In this document: positions 34,231 through 44,936 of the stretch, one piece after another | How positions within the stretch are numbered: the first letter of the stretch is position 1 | Layout: each line of letters starts with the position of its first letter | Program-made: the position numbers and the translations under genes | The notes under the pieces: model-generated | What the model was told of the DNA's origin: nothing | Seen by the model: only the letters and a program-made list of their open reading frames with translations | Databases searched by the model: none | NCBI RefSeq assembly: GCF_000281045.1 | Contig: NW_008246153.1 | Coordinates: 104,246 to 168,245 of the forward strand | Direction of reading: 5' to 3' | Source of the DNA: Saprolegnia diclina VS20 | Taxonomy: Eukaryota | DNA length: 64,000 nt

Positions 34231-35151
34231 ATGTCTGCCATGTCCAAGCCCCTCGTCCTCGGCGCCATCGCGGCCTCGGTCGTCGCCCTCTTCTTCCTCT
34301 TCAAGGCGCAGTCCAACAACTCGGTATGGCAATAAGATCTAAAGGACGATCATGGCTCATGCGACGCTCTGTAGGAATCGTCGAACGCCACCAAGGAAGA
34401 GGCTGGCGAGCGCTCGATTGCGGCGCCGGTCGCGCCCTCGGCGTCGCTCCCGTCGCTCCCCAAGGATCAGCTCCTGTCGATCTTGACCATCATCTCGACG
34501 CAGATGGGCCAGATTGTGCTCTCGCTCGCCAACATTGAGCAGAAGATCCGCCAGGAGTCGGCCCAGAGCGGCCGCTCGCTCCCGGAGGACCAGCTTGCCG
34601 CGTACCTCATGGGCCAATTCGAGGAGGCCATGAAGGCGATTGAAGCCCAGGCCTACAGCAAGCACAACACGTCGGAAGACGAGGTGCGCATTGCCACCGA
34701 GTACTACGAGTCGGTCGAGGACCCGGAAGTCCACGCCGCCGTCGGCAAGCTCCAGGAGCTCTACCGCCTGATCACGGGCGCCGGTGCTGCCGACGTCGAA
34801 GTTCCGGAGGACCTCACGCTTGAGAAGTTCCTGATCATCATGGAAGAAACCATGGAATCCCTCAACGTCGCGATGGAGGAAGTGTGCCAGGAGGTCAAGC
34901 TCCTCGACCCCGAGGACAAGGAGGAGGCCATCAACGAGCGTTACGTCAAGAAGGCCGACCAGCTCAGCGCCCAGATCCACGAGCAGCACGGCCTCTCGCG
35001 CGAGATCCTGCAGGCCGCCATGATGAAGTACCAGCAGGAGCCCATCTTCCTCCAGCGCATGACGGAGCTGCAGCACATCCAGAGCCAGCGCTTTGCGGCC
35101 GCCGGCTCGATCTTCAACGGCGAAGTCAACATGGGTCTCTCGGAGGAGTAA
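34231..35151 (+). CDS. Hypothetical helical protein with N-terminal signal anchor (intron 34324-34374)
   Basis: MSAMSKPLVLGAIAASVVALFFLF, strong host codon bias, acidic helical body; Inr-like TCATTC at ~34212. Confidence 0.75.
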
Positions 35152-35465
35152 ACTGCTTGTTAGAGAAGTTACACTATATATAATAGGTATGTTATACTGT
35201 GTCATCGACACGAAGGCCACAGAGCACACGATTGGCATCAGTGGTGAAGGCTAAGAACTTGGTGGTGGCGGCCAGCGGGACGCCTTCCTTCCCCAAAGTA
35301 GAATGATGAGCACAACCCATGACAAGGGCCGTCGACATCAGGGCAGTACCGTACTGTTGCTGCGGTAGCAACGGAGCACTGTGCTGGGCGTGAGCACTGT
35401 TAGCGAGCTGTCAACGACCGGGCCTTGACGCGGCTTCGCTGTCGCTGGTGACGTGGTGTCGGCTG

Positions 35466-35475
35466 TATCCGGATA
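35466..35475. promoter_or_regulatory. TATCCGGATA palindromic upstream motif (representative copy; others listed in findings)
   Basis: Perfect palindrome ~59 nt upstream of the SRP19 ATG; the same motif lies upstream of about 11 genes in the window. Confidence 0.65.
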
Positions 35476-35533
35476 ATGGTGTTCGTGGCTGGCGATACAA
35501 AAAACAAAGTCTTTTTCACTCGAGAGGTCGACC

Positions 35534-36415
35534 ATGTCCTACCGCAAGCCCAAGGGCTCGGCCAAGCCCAACGTCGCAGGCGAGGTCTACGACACGAACG
35601 CAGTCCCGGTCCGCCGCCCCACAACATCTAGCAGCGGCGGCATGACGCCCGAGCAGCGCGCCCAGATGGAAGGCATGACCAACATGATGAAGTCGATGGG
35701 CATGCCCGTGCCCGCAGGTATGACCCCCGAGCGCATGCTCCAGGCCATGAACGCCATGGGCATGGGCGGTATGCCCGGCATGGGCGGTATGCCCGGCATG
35801 CCCGGCATGGGCGGCATGGGCGGTATGCCTGGTATGGGTATGCCGCCGGGTATGGCCGGCCTCATGCCACCGGGTATGGCCGGCCTCATGCCGCCGGGAA
35901 TGGACGAGTCGGACATGGACGGTATGGCCGGTATGATGGGCATGCCCCAAGGAGAGGCTGCGATCTACGGCAGCGGCGTTGCACACGGCACGGACTTTTC
36001 GCGCTGGGCGACGTTCTACCCCAACTACATCGACTCGGGCAAGACGAACGCCGACGGCCGCCGCATCCCCAAGGCCATGTCGTGCGACCGCCCGATCGTC
36101 GAAGAGATGGCCGAGGTCTGCCGCTACTTCAAGCTCGACCACGTCACGGAACCGTACAAGGCGTACTCGCGCGACTTTCTCGTGCCTGGCCGCGTCCGCG
36201 TCAAGCTCGTCGATGCGAATCGCAACCCGCTCCACGCCGAGATTCGGACGCGGAAGGACCTCATGCTCAAGATGGGCGAGCTCATCCCGAAGCTCCAACT
36301 CCGAAAAGACCGCTTGGCCCGCGAACTCGAAGCCGCCAAGGCCGCGACGACCGGTGCGCCGGCGACCGCCGCCGCGAGCAGTAAGAAAAAGGGCAAGAAG
36401 AAGGGCCGTAGATAA
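35534..36415 (+). CDS. SRP19: Signal recognition particle subunit SRP19/Sec65 with Met/Gly/Pro-rich N-terminal extension
   Basis: RWATFYPNYIDSGKTNADGRRIPKAMSCDRPIVEEMAEVC...EPYKAYSRDF..PGRVRVKL; basic tail KKKGKKKGRR. Confidence 0.92.
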   Translation: MSYRKPKGSAKPNVAGEVYDTNAVPVRRPTTSSSGGMTPEQRAQMEGMTNMMKSMGMPVPAGMTPERMLQAMNAMGMGGMPGMGGMPGMPGMGGMGGMPGMGMPPGMAGLMPPGMAGLMPPGMDESDMDGMAGMMGMPQGEAAIYGSGVAHGTDFSRWATFYPNYIDSGKTNADGRRIPKAMSCDRPIVEEMAEVCRYFKLDHVTEPYKAYSRDFLVPGRVRVKLVDANRNPLHAEIRTRKDLMLKMGELIPKLQLRKDRLARELEAAKAATTGAPATAAASSKKKGKKKGRR

Positions 36416-36476
36416 ACCACCTGTGTATATACGCGTGCGATTCAATGTACATGCACGATACATGCGACTTGGTTTG

Positions 36477-37486
36477 TTACTTTCGGCGGCCGCGGCCGGG
36501 CGCCGCTGGGCGTGCAAACGCCTTGGGCTGCACCAGAGTCGCCTCGTCGAGGTCCGTCGCCACGTCGGCGCGAATGGCGTCGGCCACTGTCGCCACGTCC
36601 GTGATCTCAATCTACTCAGCACCCATGGCTCGCCAGCATACAAGGTCATACTATTTCGTACCGTCTTGTCAATGGCAATGTGATGGGCCGGGAGGAGGGC
36701 GAGGACCGACGCCTTTGCCGTCGAGTACGTCATCTTGGCGCGCACCGGCGCGTCGTCGGGGCACACGTACAAGAAGACGACGCCGGTCGACGAGACGCGG
36801 TACAGGACGTAGCTCGGCGCGTGCTTGGTCATCTCGCTGCTGAGGAGGCTCTCGTGGACGTTTGGGAGCGCTTTCGCCACGACAAGCGCTTCGTTTTCGA
36901 GGTGCAAACTCAGAAAGGCCGGCGACGTCGCAATGGCAAAGGTGTCGAGCGCCGCAGCGCAGGCGGGCGTGAGCCCAAAAGGCATGACCGACATGGCGCT
37001 CGCCTTCACCGAGAGGTCGCGCTCGAGGCGCGCCTCTTCCTTGAGCAAGACCTCCTTCTCGCTGAGCGGCCCCGAGTTGTTGTGCATGGTCGAGAGCACG
37101 TCGTGGAAGGTAAAGGCCGCGAGGTCGGTCGTGTGCACGTCGCCGACAAAGTACGAGAGGCCGAGCTGCTGCTTGAGGCAGTCGCGCGCCGAGGCGTACA
37201 GCATCTTTTCACGCGCCGGCAGCGTGTCGGCCACGTGCGCAATCAGAATCCACTTCCACGGCCCGTTGGAGCTCGCAATGTGGAAGAGGAGGAGGCTCGG
37301 CGCCGTCGTCGACGCTTGGATATTCGCCCACTGGGCCTCGGGCGCCTCATCGACGGGAAAGGCCGTCGCACACACGAGCGTCTCGTTCTCGACCTTGACG
37401 TCCAAGCAGCGCGTGCTGTTGCCGTCCTGTGCCTGCTGGAAGAGCGTCGTGAGCGCGTCGCCGACGCGGAGGATCTGGCTGTTCAT
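36477..37486 (-). CDS. TWF1: Twinfilin (two ADF-H domains), intron 36612-36661
   Basis: WILIAHVADTLPAREKMLYASAR; PLSEKE..L; PSYVLY...VFLYVCPDDAPVRAKMTYSTAK; C-terminal capping-protein-binding tail KAFARPAAPGRGRRK*. Confidence 0.9.
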
Positions 37487-37787
37487 CGCTCTAGTGACTT
37501 TGCCGCAAATCTTTGGAGCCCATCCGGATACACTACAAAATTACACGATCTTGCCAGCGGACCAACTTTCGAGCGCCTTCACGCTCGCGGTAACCAGGTA
37601 AAGGCGCCTTCTACCTCTCCATGCTCGCATCGGTGCCACATGCCTTTGGCTGCAATCAGTCGGCGACTACGATCAAGGGGAATTGCCCTTGACAGCGATG
37701 GAGTGGGACCGGGGACGTTGTGAGGCAGTCCATCAGTCATCGCACAGTCTAGTCGTACGCCACTTAAAAAGAAATCGGCAAAAATAT

Positions 37788-37860
37788 TACTCGACGCGGG
37801 ACTCGAACCCGCAACCCCCAGATTCGAAGTCTGATACGCTATCCATTGCGCCAGCCGAGC
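37788..37860 (-). tRNA. tRNA-Arg (anticodon TCG)
   Basis: GCTCGGC TG GCGC AATGGATA GCGT A TCAGA CT-TCG-AA TCTGG GGGTT GCGGG TTCGAGT CCCGC GTCGAGT A folds as a 73-nt cloverleaf, followed by a T5 Pol III terminator on the minus strand. Confidence 0.95.
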
Positions 37861-37980
37861 TGCTTGACATCGAATCTCATGTTTCGATTATGCTCAATGA
37901 TTGCTGGCGCATGGATAAAGTTGGGTGTTTGTAGTCGACCTCCTTTTGGCAACGCCGCCAAAATTTTGTATGGGGCTGCG

Positions 37981-40900
37981 ATGGCACCCGGCCGACCAAC
38001 GCGAAGCACGACAGCCCGGGGCGAGAGCCTCCGTACGGCGGCCAAGGTGGCCACGCAGAAGATGACCGCGCCCAAGACAGTCCGCGCTGCGCGCATGCGT
38101 CGCGTTGTGTACGACGAGTCGGACGACGAGGACGAGGACGAGCCATCCGAGGAAGATGGGTCGGACGCCAACGAGGACCTCGACGACGACGACGAAGAAG
38201 AGGACGAAGAGGAAGAGGACGACGACGAGGAAGAGGTCGTCGACGCCAAGGTCGAAGCCGAAGGAAAGCGAAAACGTCCGGCGAAAAAAGAAGAACAACC
38301 TACGAAGCCGAGTCCGATGAAAGCCAAGCCGCCTCCGCCGCCCAAAGAGGAGAAGACGCCCGAGAAGGACCCGCCACCGCCACCGCCACCGACGCCTCCG
38401 CAAGCGCCGGCCGAGCCTGACGATGCGCCCGAGCCGGACCACGACGGCGGCGACGACGACCCCGACGACGACGAAGACGAGGACCTCCGTGTGCTGCTGG
38501 AGACCGAGACAGACGAAGAGCAGCTCTTGCAGCTCATCAACGGGAGCCTAGGACAGCTCGCGCGGACAGGCGACGCGCCGGGCCGCGAGCTCTCGCTGGC
38601 TTTTCTCACGGCCGTCGGCGCCTCGCCGCTCAAGTTCCAGTCGCCCAACATTCTCAAAGCGCTCATGCGCATGCTTCGGAGCAAATTCCAGCGCGATCGG
38701 TCCGGGTCGCTCGAGAAGAAGCCGCCGACAAAGCCAAGCGCGTCGCTCGCGACCAAGCCGACGACCAAGGAGCCGGTCAAGGCCATCACATTGGCTGTCC
38801 TCGTTGCCAACCTCTTGGCCAAGATCCTCAAGGCCGCCATGGCTGCGTCCTCGACGTTTGCATGGCCTGACGACTGCGTCAAGGTGTTTGTCGACGACTC
38901 GCTCAACTCACGCGCGTGGGTCGACCACGAGCTCTGCGCGCCTTTTCTGACGTTGCTCAAGGCCGAGATGGCCGCCCAGCACCTCTCCAAGGACGTGTCG
39001 AGCCTCATCATGGAGCACCTGCTCTCGAAACTCAACGACATCAAGAAGCAAGGACCGGGGAATGCGCCGTCGACGAGCCTCAAGCAGGTCATGCTGACGC
39101 TCATGGACCTCACGGTGCTGCCGCAAGGCCGCCTCGTCGCGTCGTCGAACCTCGACATCTGGTTTGCCAACACGACGTACAAGAATTTGGCGCGGGAGCT
39201 CTTGCTCAAGTGCGCGCGGGTATACATCTCAAATTCAATCTCAATCGCCATATCTCAAATATGATGCTAGGCCTGTACGACGCTGGAACGACACGACATG
39301 GAGACGGTCGAGAACCTCCTCAACATGAAGTTCAAATCTGTGTCGTTTCCGCAGCTCAAGACCGAAGTGTTCTCGACGCTCGTGCGGCAGCGCCCCGAGT
39401 ACGTGGCCATCGCGATGAAGGTGGTGCTTGCAAAAGAGCGGCTCGGCGCGACGGTCAAGGACGTCGACAACCTCAAGATGATGCCGCTCATCTTCCGAGA
39501 GACGGCGCGCGCGGTCGAGCGCGACGAGGCCGACGACGCGCGCATGTTTCGCCGGCCGAACGCGCTGCACGCGGGCACCGAGTCGAGTGCTGCGTTGGCC
39601 GCGGTGCTCCAAGAGATGGCTGCAGTCCCGAGCAACCTCCCGACGCTCAAGAACACGCTGCGCAAGGTCTTCAAGAGCCTCAACCCCGACCAGCTGGACG
39701 TTCGCGCGTTCTGCGCCGGCCTCCTCACGCTGCCGCCCCACGGGTCCATGGAGCTCTACCTCGTCATGGGCGACCTTGTCTCGCTCGTGCTCTTTCTACA
39801 GGGGACGACGGTCAAGAGCCTGCAAGTGTCGGTACCGGACACGTCGGCGTCGTCGAGCGTGCGCATGGGCGGTCTGCTCTCCAAGAACGCGGCCGAGAAG
39901 CCGGCACGACGCCTTCTGAATGTCAACAACCCGCGCAAGAAGGAAGCGGCGCCAAGTGCGCCGGCACCGAGCGTGATTACGCCTTCGCTCCGCGCCAAGG
40001 AGGAGCTCGCGCAGCTCATTGCCGACGTCCAGCGCATGGCTGTCAACTGGTGCCACGAGGTTTACCAGCAGCTGCAAGGGGACATTATGCGGCTCTTCTC
40101 GGCCGTCATGCGCAAGATTCTGTTTTTGGATGCGGCCCCCGACGGCAATGTACGCGCGTTTGACAGCATAGGCTGGGAACTATCCTCTCTGTAGGCGACC
40201 GAGCACGACCGCGCGTGCTATGCGTTCTGCAAGGACATGCTGCCGCTCCACGAAGTTACGGTGGCGGGTATGGTTGGTCTCTGCTTTTACGTCGCGCCGA
40301 CCGACGCCCACGAGCTCCTCAAGGTGCTCGATACGCTTGTCACGCGCGCTGCCGAGGGCCACCTTGTGCGGGAAAGCTACTTTCAAGGCCCGACGGCGCA
40401 TCAGCTGCACGACTACGTGGCGGCCGGCGGTCTCCTTGGGCTACAGATCTCGCGCACGGACTTTGTCTTGCACTTGTACGAAGCGGGTGTCGTGCGCGGC
40501 CACACGTACGAGGGCAAGGCAGTGAGCTACGCCGAGCTCTACTGGCTCAGCTGCGCCATTTTGCTCGTCCTCGGCGTCTTCTCGCCGTCGACGATTGGCG
40601 CTGAAATCTGGTCGGCGATCCCGACCATGCGCTGTCTCATGCAAATGGCCATCACGGGCCGGTTCCGCTTCCCGCCCGTCGAGCCCGAAGATCCCAAGCT
40701 CTTTGGCCCCGAGGTGATGGGGCACGGCAGCCTTGTCGCGATCAACCAAGCGTATACTGAGTGGGAACTGCCGTTTCTGCAGAGCCAGCAGCTTTTGACA
40801 GACGGTACGCTGCTTGTGTCGATGCCGCCGGATGCGATGGCGCGGTGCCCGCCGCCCGACACGTTGCGCAAGGTCGAGGCGCTCGACAAGGCGCTCCGGC

Positions 40901-43900
40901 TTGGCGTCCGGCTGCGCCAAAGCCGCGACTCGGACTTCCTCATGAACATGGTCGACGTGACTGTGGCCGGCGGCGCGGCGAGCTGGTCCGAGGCGCCCGA
41001 GCAGATCTGGTGGATCGTTGAGATCGTCTGCGACGAGCAAGAGACACTCACGTATCTGCCTCGCAAGTGCCTCTGCGAACTGCTGCTTCTTGCGTACGTC
41101 GACGTTCGGTCGATCCCCGAGGCCGCCAAGTTTGCGCACGCGTCGCTGCTCACGCACCAAGTGCCCCGCTTGCTCACGCGACTCAAGGTCCCTTTCTTGT
41201 CTATGGACGCGCAGAACCATATCTTGTGTGCGTAGGACGCCATGGCCGGGACAACGGAGGAAGCCATCGACGTGCTCTCGTTCTTTTTGGACCGCCTCGT
41301 GTCGGCCAACATGGACACGCGCCGCATTTCGTCGCACGTGCTCGGGCTCCTCACGACCGACGGCGACGCGAGCGCGCTCATTAGCCACCACTCGATCCAG
41401 TTTGATTGGCTCGCAGCGTTGACGCGGCTGCCGTCGTTTCCGGCGCTGCATGCGCGCGTCCTCTCGTCGCTCGAGAACGTCTTGGCGCACGAGTCGTCGA
41501 TCGACGGCCTCAAGCGCTGCCTCAATGCGCTCTACGATCTCTTTGCGAAGAAGGACTTGGAGCTCCAGCTCGCCGAGGCGGTCGGCCGGCTCCTTTCCCA
41601 GCGCACGTCAGTGGCCCGGCTCTTGCTCCAGGACGTGGCGATGCTAACGCGCGTCGTTGAAACGCTCTCAGCCGCTGTCCGCGTCGCCTCTGGAACGACG
41701 GATATCCCGGCCGGGTGGGTCTCATTCCTCACGAGCACGGGGTCGACGCTGGCGCTGCCGCCGACGATCGTGTCGGGCGTCGTCGAGGTCCTCAGCAGCC
41801 CCGTGGCGTTCCCGAGCAGCCTCCAAGACGACTACATGGCGCTCATCGACGCCTTCTTTCCGACCCAGACCGACGCTGGTTTGCTCTCGCCAAGCCAAAC
41901 GACGTATGCGTGCTCGGCCGACCACCTCACGCGTCTCGCTTGCGTCGACAATGACCGGCTCATGCAAGCGGCGATTCGAACCATGTCGGTACCGTCGCTC
42001 TGGCACCTGCTCCTCTCGTACGGGCGGTCGCCGCGCTCGATGGGGCTGCAACTCGACGTGCTTGCGGCGCACCTTATGCGCGACGATAGCACGTGTGCCG
42101 CTGCCCTTTTGCAGTGCACCTGCCGCCCGATTCTGTCGGACGCCGCTGCCGACGCGCTCGACCATTTGGATATGTATGTGCGCCAACCGTCGTATGCGGA
42201 CGTGGCGGCCAGCGACGCCTGCCAAGTGCTTCTGCGCTGGCTTCGCGACGCGGCCCACGTCGACGAGACCGAGCCCTTGCCGCCCGCGGTGGTGCCGTGT
42301 CGCCGAACGCCGCCATTGACGCCACTGGCGCCGACGCCGTCGCTCGATGACCTCTTTGCGTCGATGGACGTGGCGCCCCGCCGCCGCGCGCCCCGCCGGG
42401 CCGCGTTGCCGACAATCGAGACCAACGATGTGATATGTGCTTGGATCGCAGCCGGGACACATGCCAACGAAATCGTCGAGTGGACCACCATGCTGGCGTC
42501 GACCAACTCGACGCTCATTCCGGCGCTGGGACGCGCGCTCGCCGCGAGCCAGAACGTGTCGCTCATCCGCACGGTCCTCGCGTCCGTCCCCACTGCGAGC
42601 AGCCATCTTTTGTCGACGCTTCTCGACTCGCCATGGACGAGCGCGCCGCTTGTCGGTGTCCTTCTCGACCACGTCTGCGCCAACGTGGCGCACATTGAGG
42701 CCGACGCCATGCTCGAGCCGCTTCTGCATCTCGTGCTGCACGAACAGACGCTGGTGAACCGCACGCACGTGTCGCCGTCGCGCTTGGCGCTCGTCGCGCA
42801 CTTGGCGTTTGTAAACCATTGCAGCATTGTGCTCGTGCTCCAGCGGCTCATGGACTCGTGCTTTGATGCAGCGACCGAGCCCGTCGCCCACGCCTTCCTC
42901 TTGGTTCGTCAGTCTACGGTTGCTATGTGCTGAGGTGTCGTAGGATTTGTACGGACGCGAGCCGCACACGGTGGCGATGCATTTGGACACGTGCTTTCCT
43001 GGCTGGCCACAAGCGTTGGCAGCCGTGACCCACCTCGACATGCGGGGCGCGGGGGCGCTCCTCGAGGCGAAACTCGACGCCGCGCTCTCGAGCGCCGCCA
43101 CAAAGGAAACCCGGTCGGTGCTGCGCCGCACCGGCCTTTTGCACCCGTTGCTCGCCGTCGTCAAAGTCACGTCGGTTGTCGCGATGCTGCATGGGCAGCC
43201 GTGGCACCTCCTGCACGATCAAATGCATGTGGTCGAGAACGTAGGATACAGCGTGTCCGACAAGGTCTAACGATGGTTAGGTGCTGCTACTGGTGGACGT
43301 GACGAAAGACTTGGTGCTCGGGCGACGTGCGCTCTTGACGCAGCTCGTGCAGACCTTGCTGTACCTCTTGAGCGCCGTCACCAAGCACGACGACCGCGGC
43401 GGCGCGCACCCTATCGCGCTCCGCATGCTGCAGACCATGCAGCTCCTTGTGTATGCGCAGCCCGAGGCCATGGCCCCGTACCTTGCGTCTGCTCCGTACC
43501 GCGCGCATTGGTAGTGTGCACTCTGCCGCAATACGTACAAATGGTCGTTGCTTAGGAAAACGGCGCTGGCCGCCTCTGACGCGTCAGCGTTTCCGGTCCT
43601 CTCCACGTGCGTCGAGTCGGGCCAGTGCTCGGAGGGCATGGTCCCGCACGTACCGCCGCTTGTGCTACCCCGCGAGGTCCGCGTCGTCTTTGCTTGTGGT
43701 GCCAACGTTTGTTGACGTAGACGCCGATCCGGGACGTGGAGCAAACCCTCGAAGAGGTTCAGGCGTCGTTCGAGGCCACTTATGCGAGCAGCGCGCGCAC
43801 GTCGGTGCTGCCAGCGCTCGTACAGTACGCGGTCGCGCAACCCGCCAGCCTGAGCAAGAAGGCGGTGGGGCATTTGTGCCAATGCCTTTTGCTGGCGATG

Positions 43901-44128
43901 CACGCGGATGCTGCGTGTGCCCCGGCGGCGACCGAGGCGTACCTTGCGTGCCTCTCGTCGACCAAGGTCGGGCTCCGCGAAGCGGCGATGGTGTCGCTCG
44001 GCGACATGCTCGTGTACTGCTCGAGCGCGCGCGCGCACGCGATCCTCTCGCACCTGCTGCTCGACGACAGCGACCTCGCCAAGGCCAGCGTCGCCCAAGT
44101 GTTCAAAACCGACTTGTACAAGATCTAA
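37981..44128 (+). CDS. INTS1: Integrator complex subunit 1-like, multi-exon
   Basis: WPDDCVKVFVDDSLNSRAWVDH; IGAEIWSAIPTMRCLMQMAITGRFRFPP; ARCPPPDTLRKVEALDKALRLGVRLRQSRDSDFL; LPRKCLCELLL. All resemble INTS1 conserved blocks. Confidence 0.8.
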
Positions 44129-44142
44129 GTCGATTACGTCAT

Positions 44143-44893
44143 TCATTCGTACTGCGCGAGCCGTTGCTTCTTGCGCGCAGCGTCTTTGCCGGTCGCGATC
44201 TTCTTGCGATTGACGTCCGTATAGTACCGGTCGCAGACGTAGCCGCCGGCGTTGGCACTGTTGACGTTGTTGCCGCGGTGGCCGTTGGGGCCTCGGTAGT
44301 CGGGTTCGCACGGGGTGCAGCTCGACGCGGCGGTGAGGCCCTCGGTCATGCTGTACGTGCCGTACGGACACGGCGCCGTGCACGCCCGCGTCGTCAAGCC
44401 GGCGGTGGCCCCGTACGTGCCCTTGGGACACGGCGTGCAGTCGTCGATGGACGTGGCGCCCAGCCTACGCCCCCATCGTCAAGATGATGGTGATGATGAT
44501 GTGCTTGTTGAGGACTTGGCACCTGTCCTGGTAAGTGCCTTTGGGACACGGCCCACTGCAGGCGCTGGACTCGAGCCCCGGCAGCTTGCCGTAGACGCCG
44601 CGCGGGCACAGCTGGCACTCGGTGAGCGACAGGCCATTGCCGGGCTGGCGGTACATGCCTAGCGGGCACGGCACAGGTCGCGGTTGCACGCCTCGGTACA
44701 TGGCGGCTAAGTAGACACAGTAGTATCACGTCGGCCACAGGGGTCGAGGCGTACTGGGCGAGACGGCCTGGGGTCCGTGTACGACGTAGAGCTGCAGCAA
44801 CCCGCCTGTTGAGATTGCACCAAGCTGCATGGTAGTACGTGGCAGCGTACCAAGAGGGACGAGCGCCGCTGCGAGGGCGACGCACACGCGCAT
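44143..44893 (-). CDS. Small secreted Cys-rich protein (GCC2/GCC3, ephrin-receptor-like repeats), spliced
   Basis: Signal-like MRVCVALAAALVPL; repeats CPLGMY..ECQLCPRGVYG..CSGPCPKGTY..DCTPCPKGTYG..CTAPCPYGTYS..CTPC. Confidence 0.7.
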
Positions 44894-44936
44894 CGTAACT
44901 TGGATGACGAAACGGACAGGTATAAATTAGATCTTA

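Noticed and set aside
35300..35410. Possible C/D-box snoRNA (ATGATGA at ~35303 plus a small hairpin)
   Set aside because: No CTGA D box or terminal stem at a suitable distance.
35516..37486. 656-aa minus-strand ORF appearing to fuse twinfilin to a long tail
   Set aside because: Twinfilin splices at 36612-36661 and stops at 36477; the rest is the antisense shadow of SRP19.
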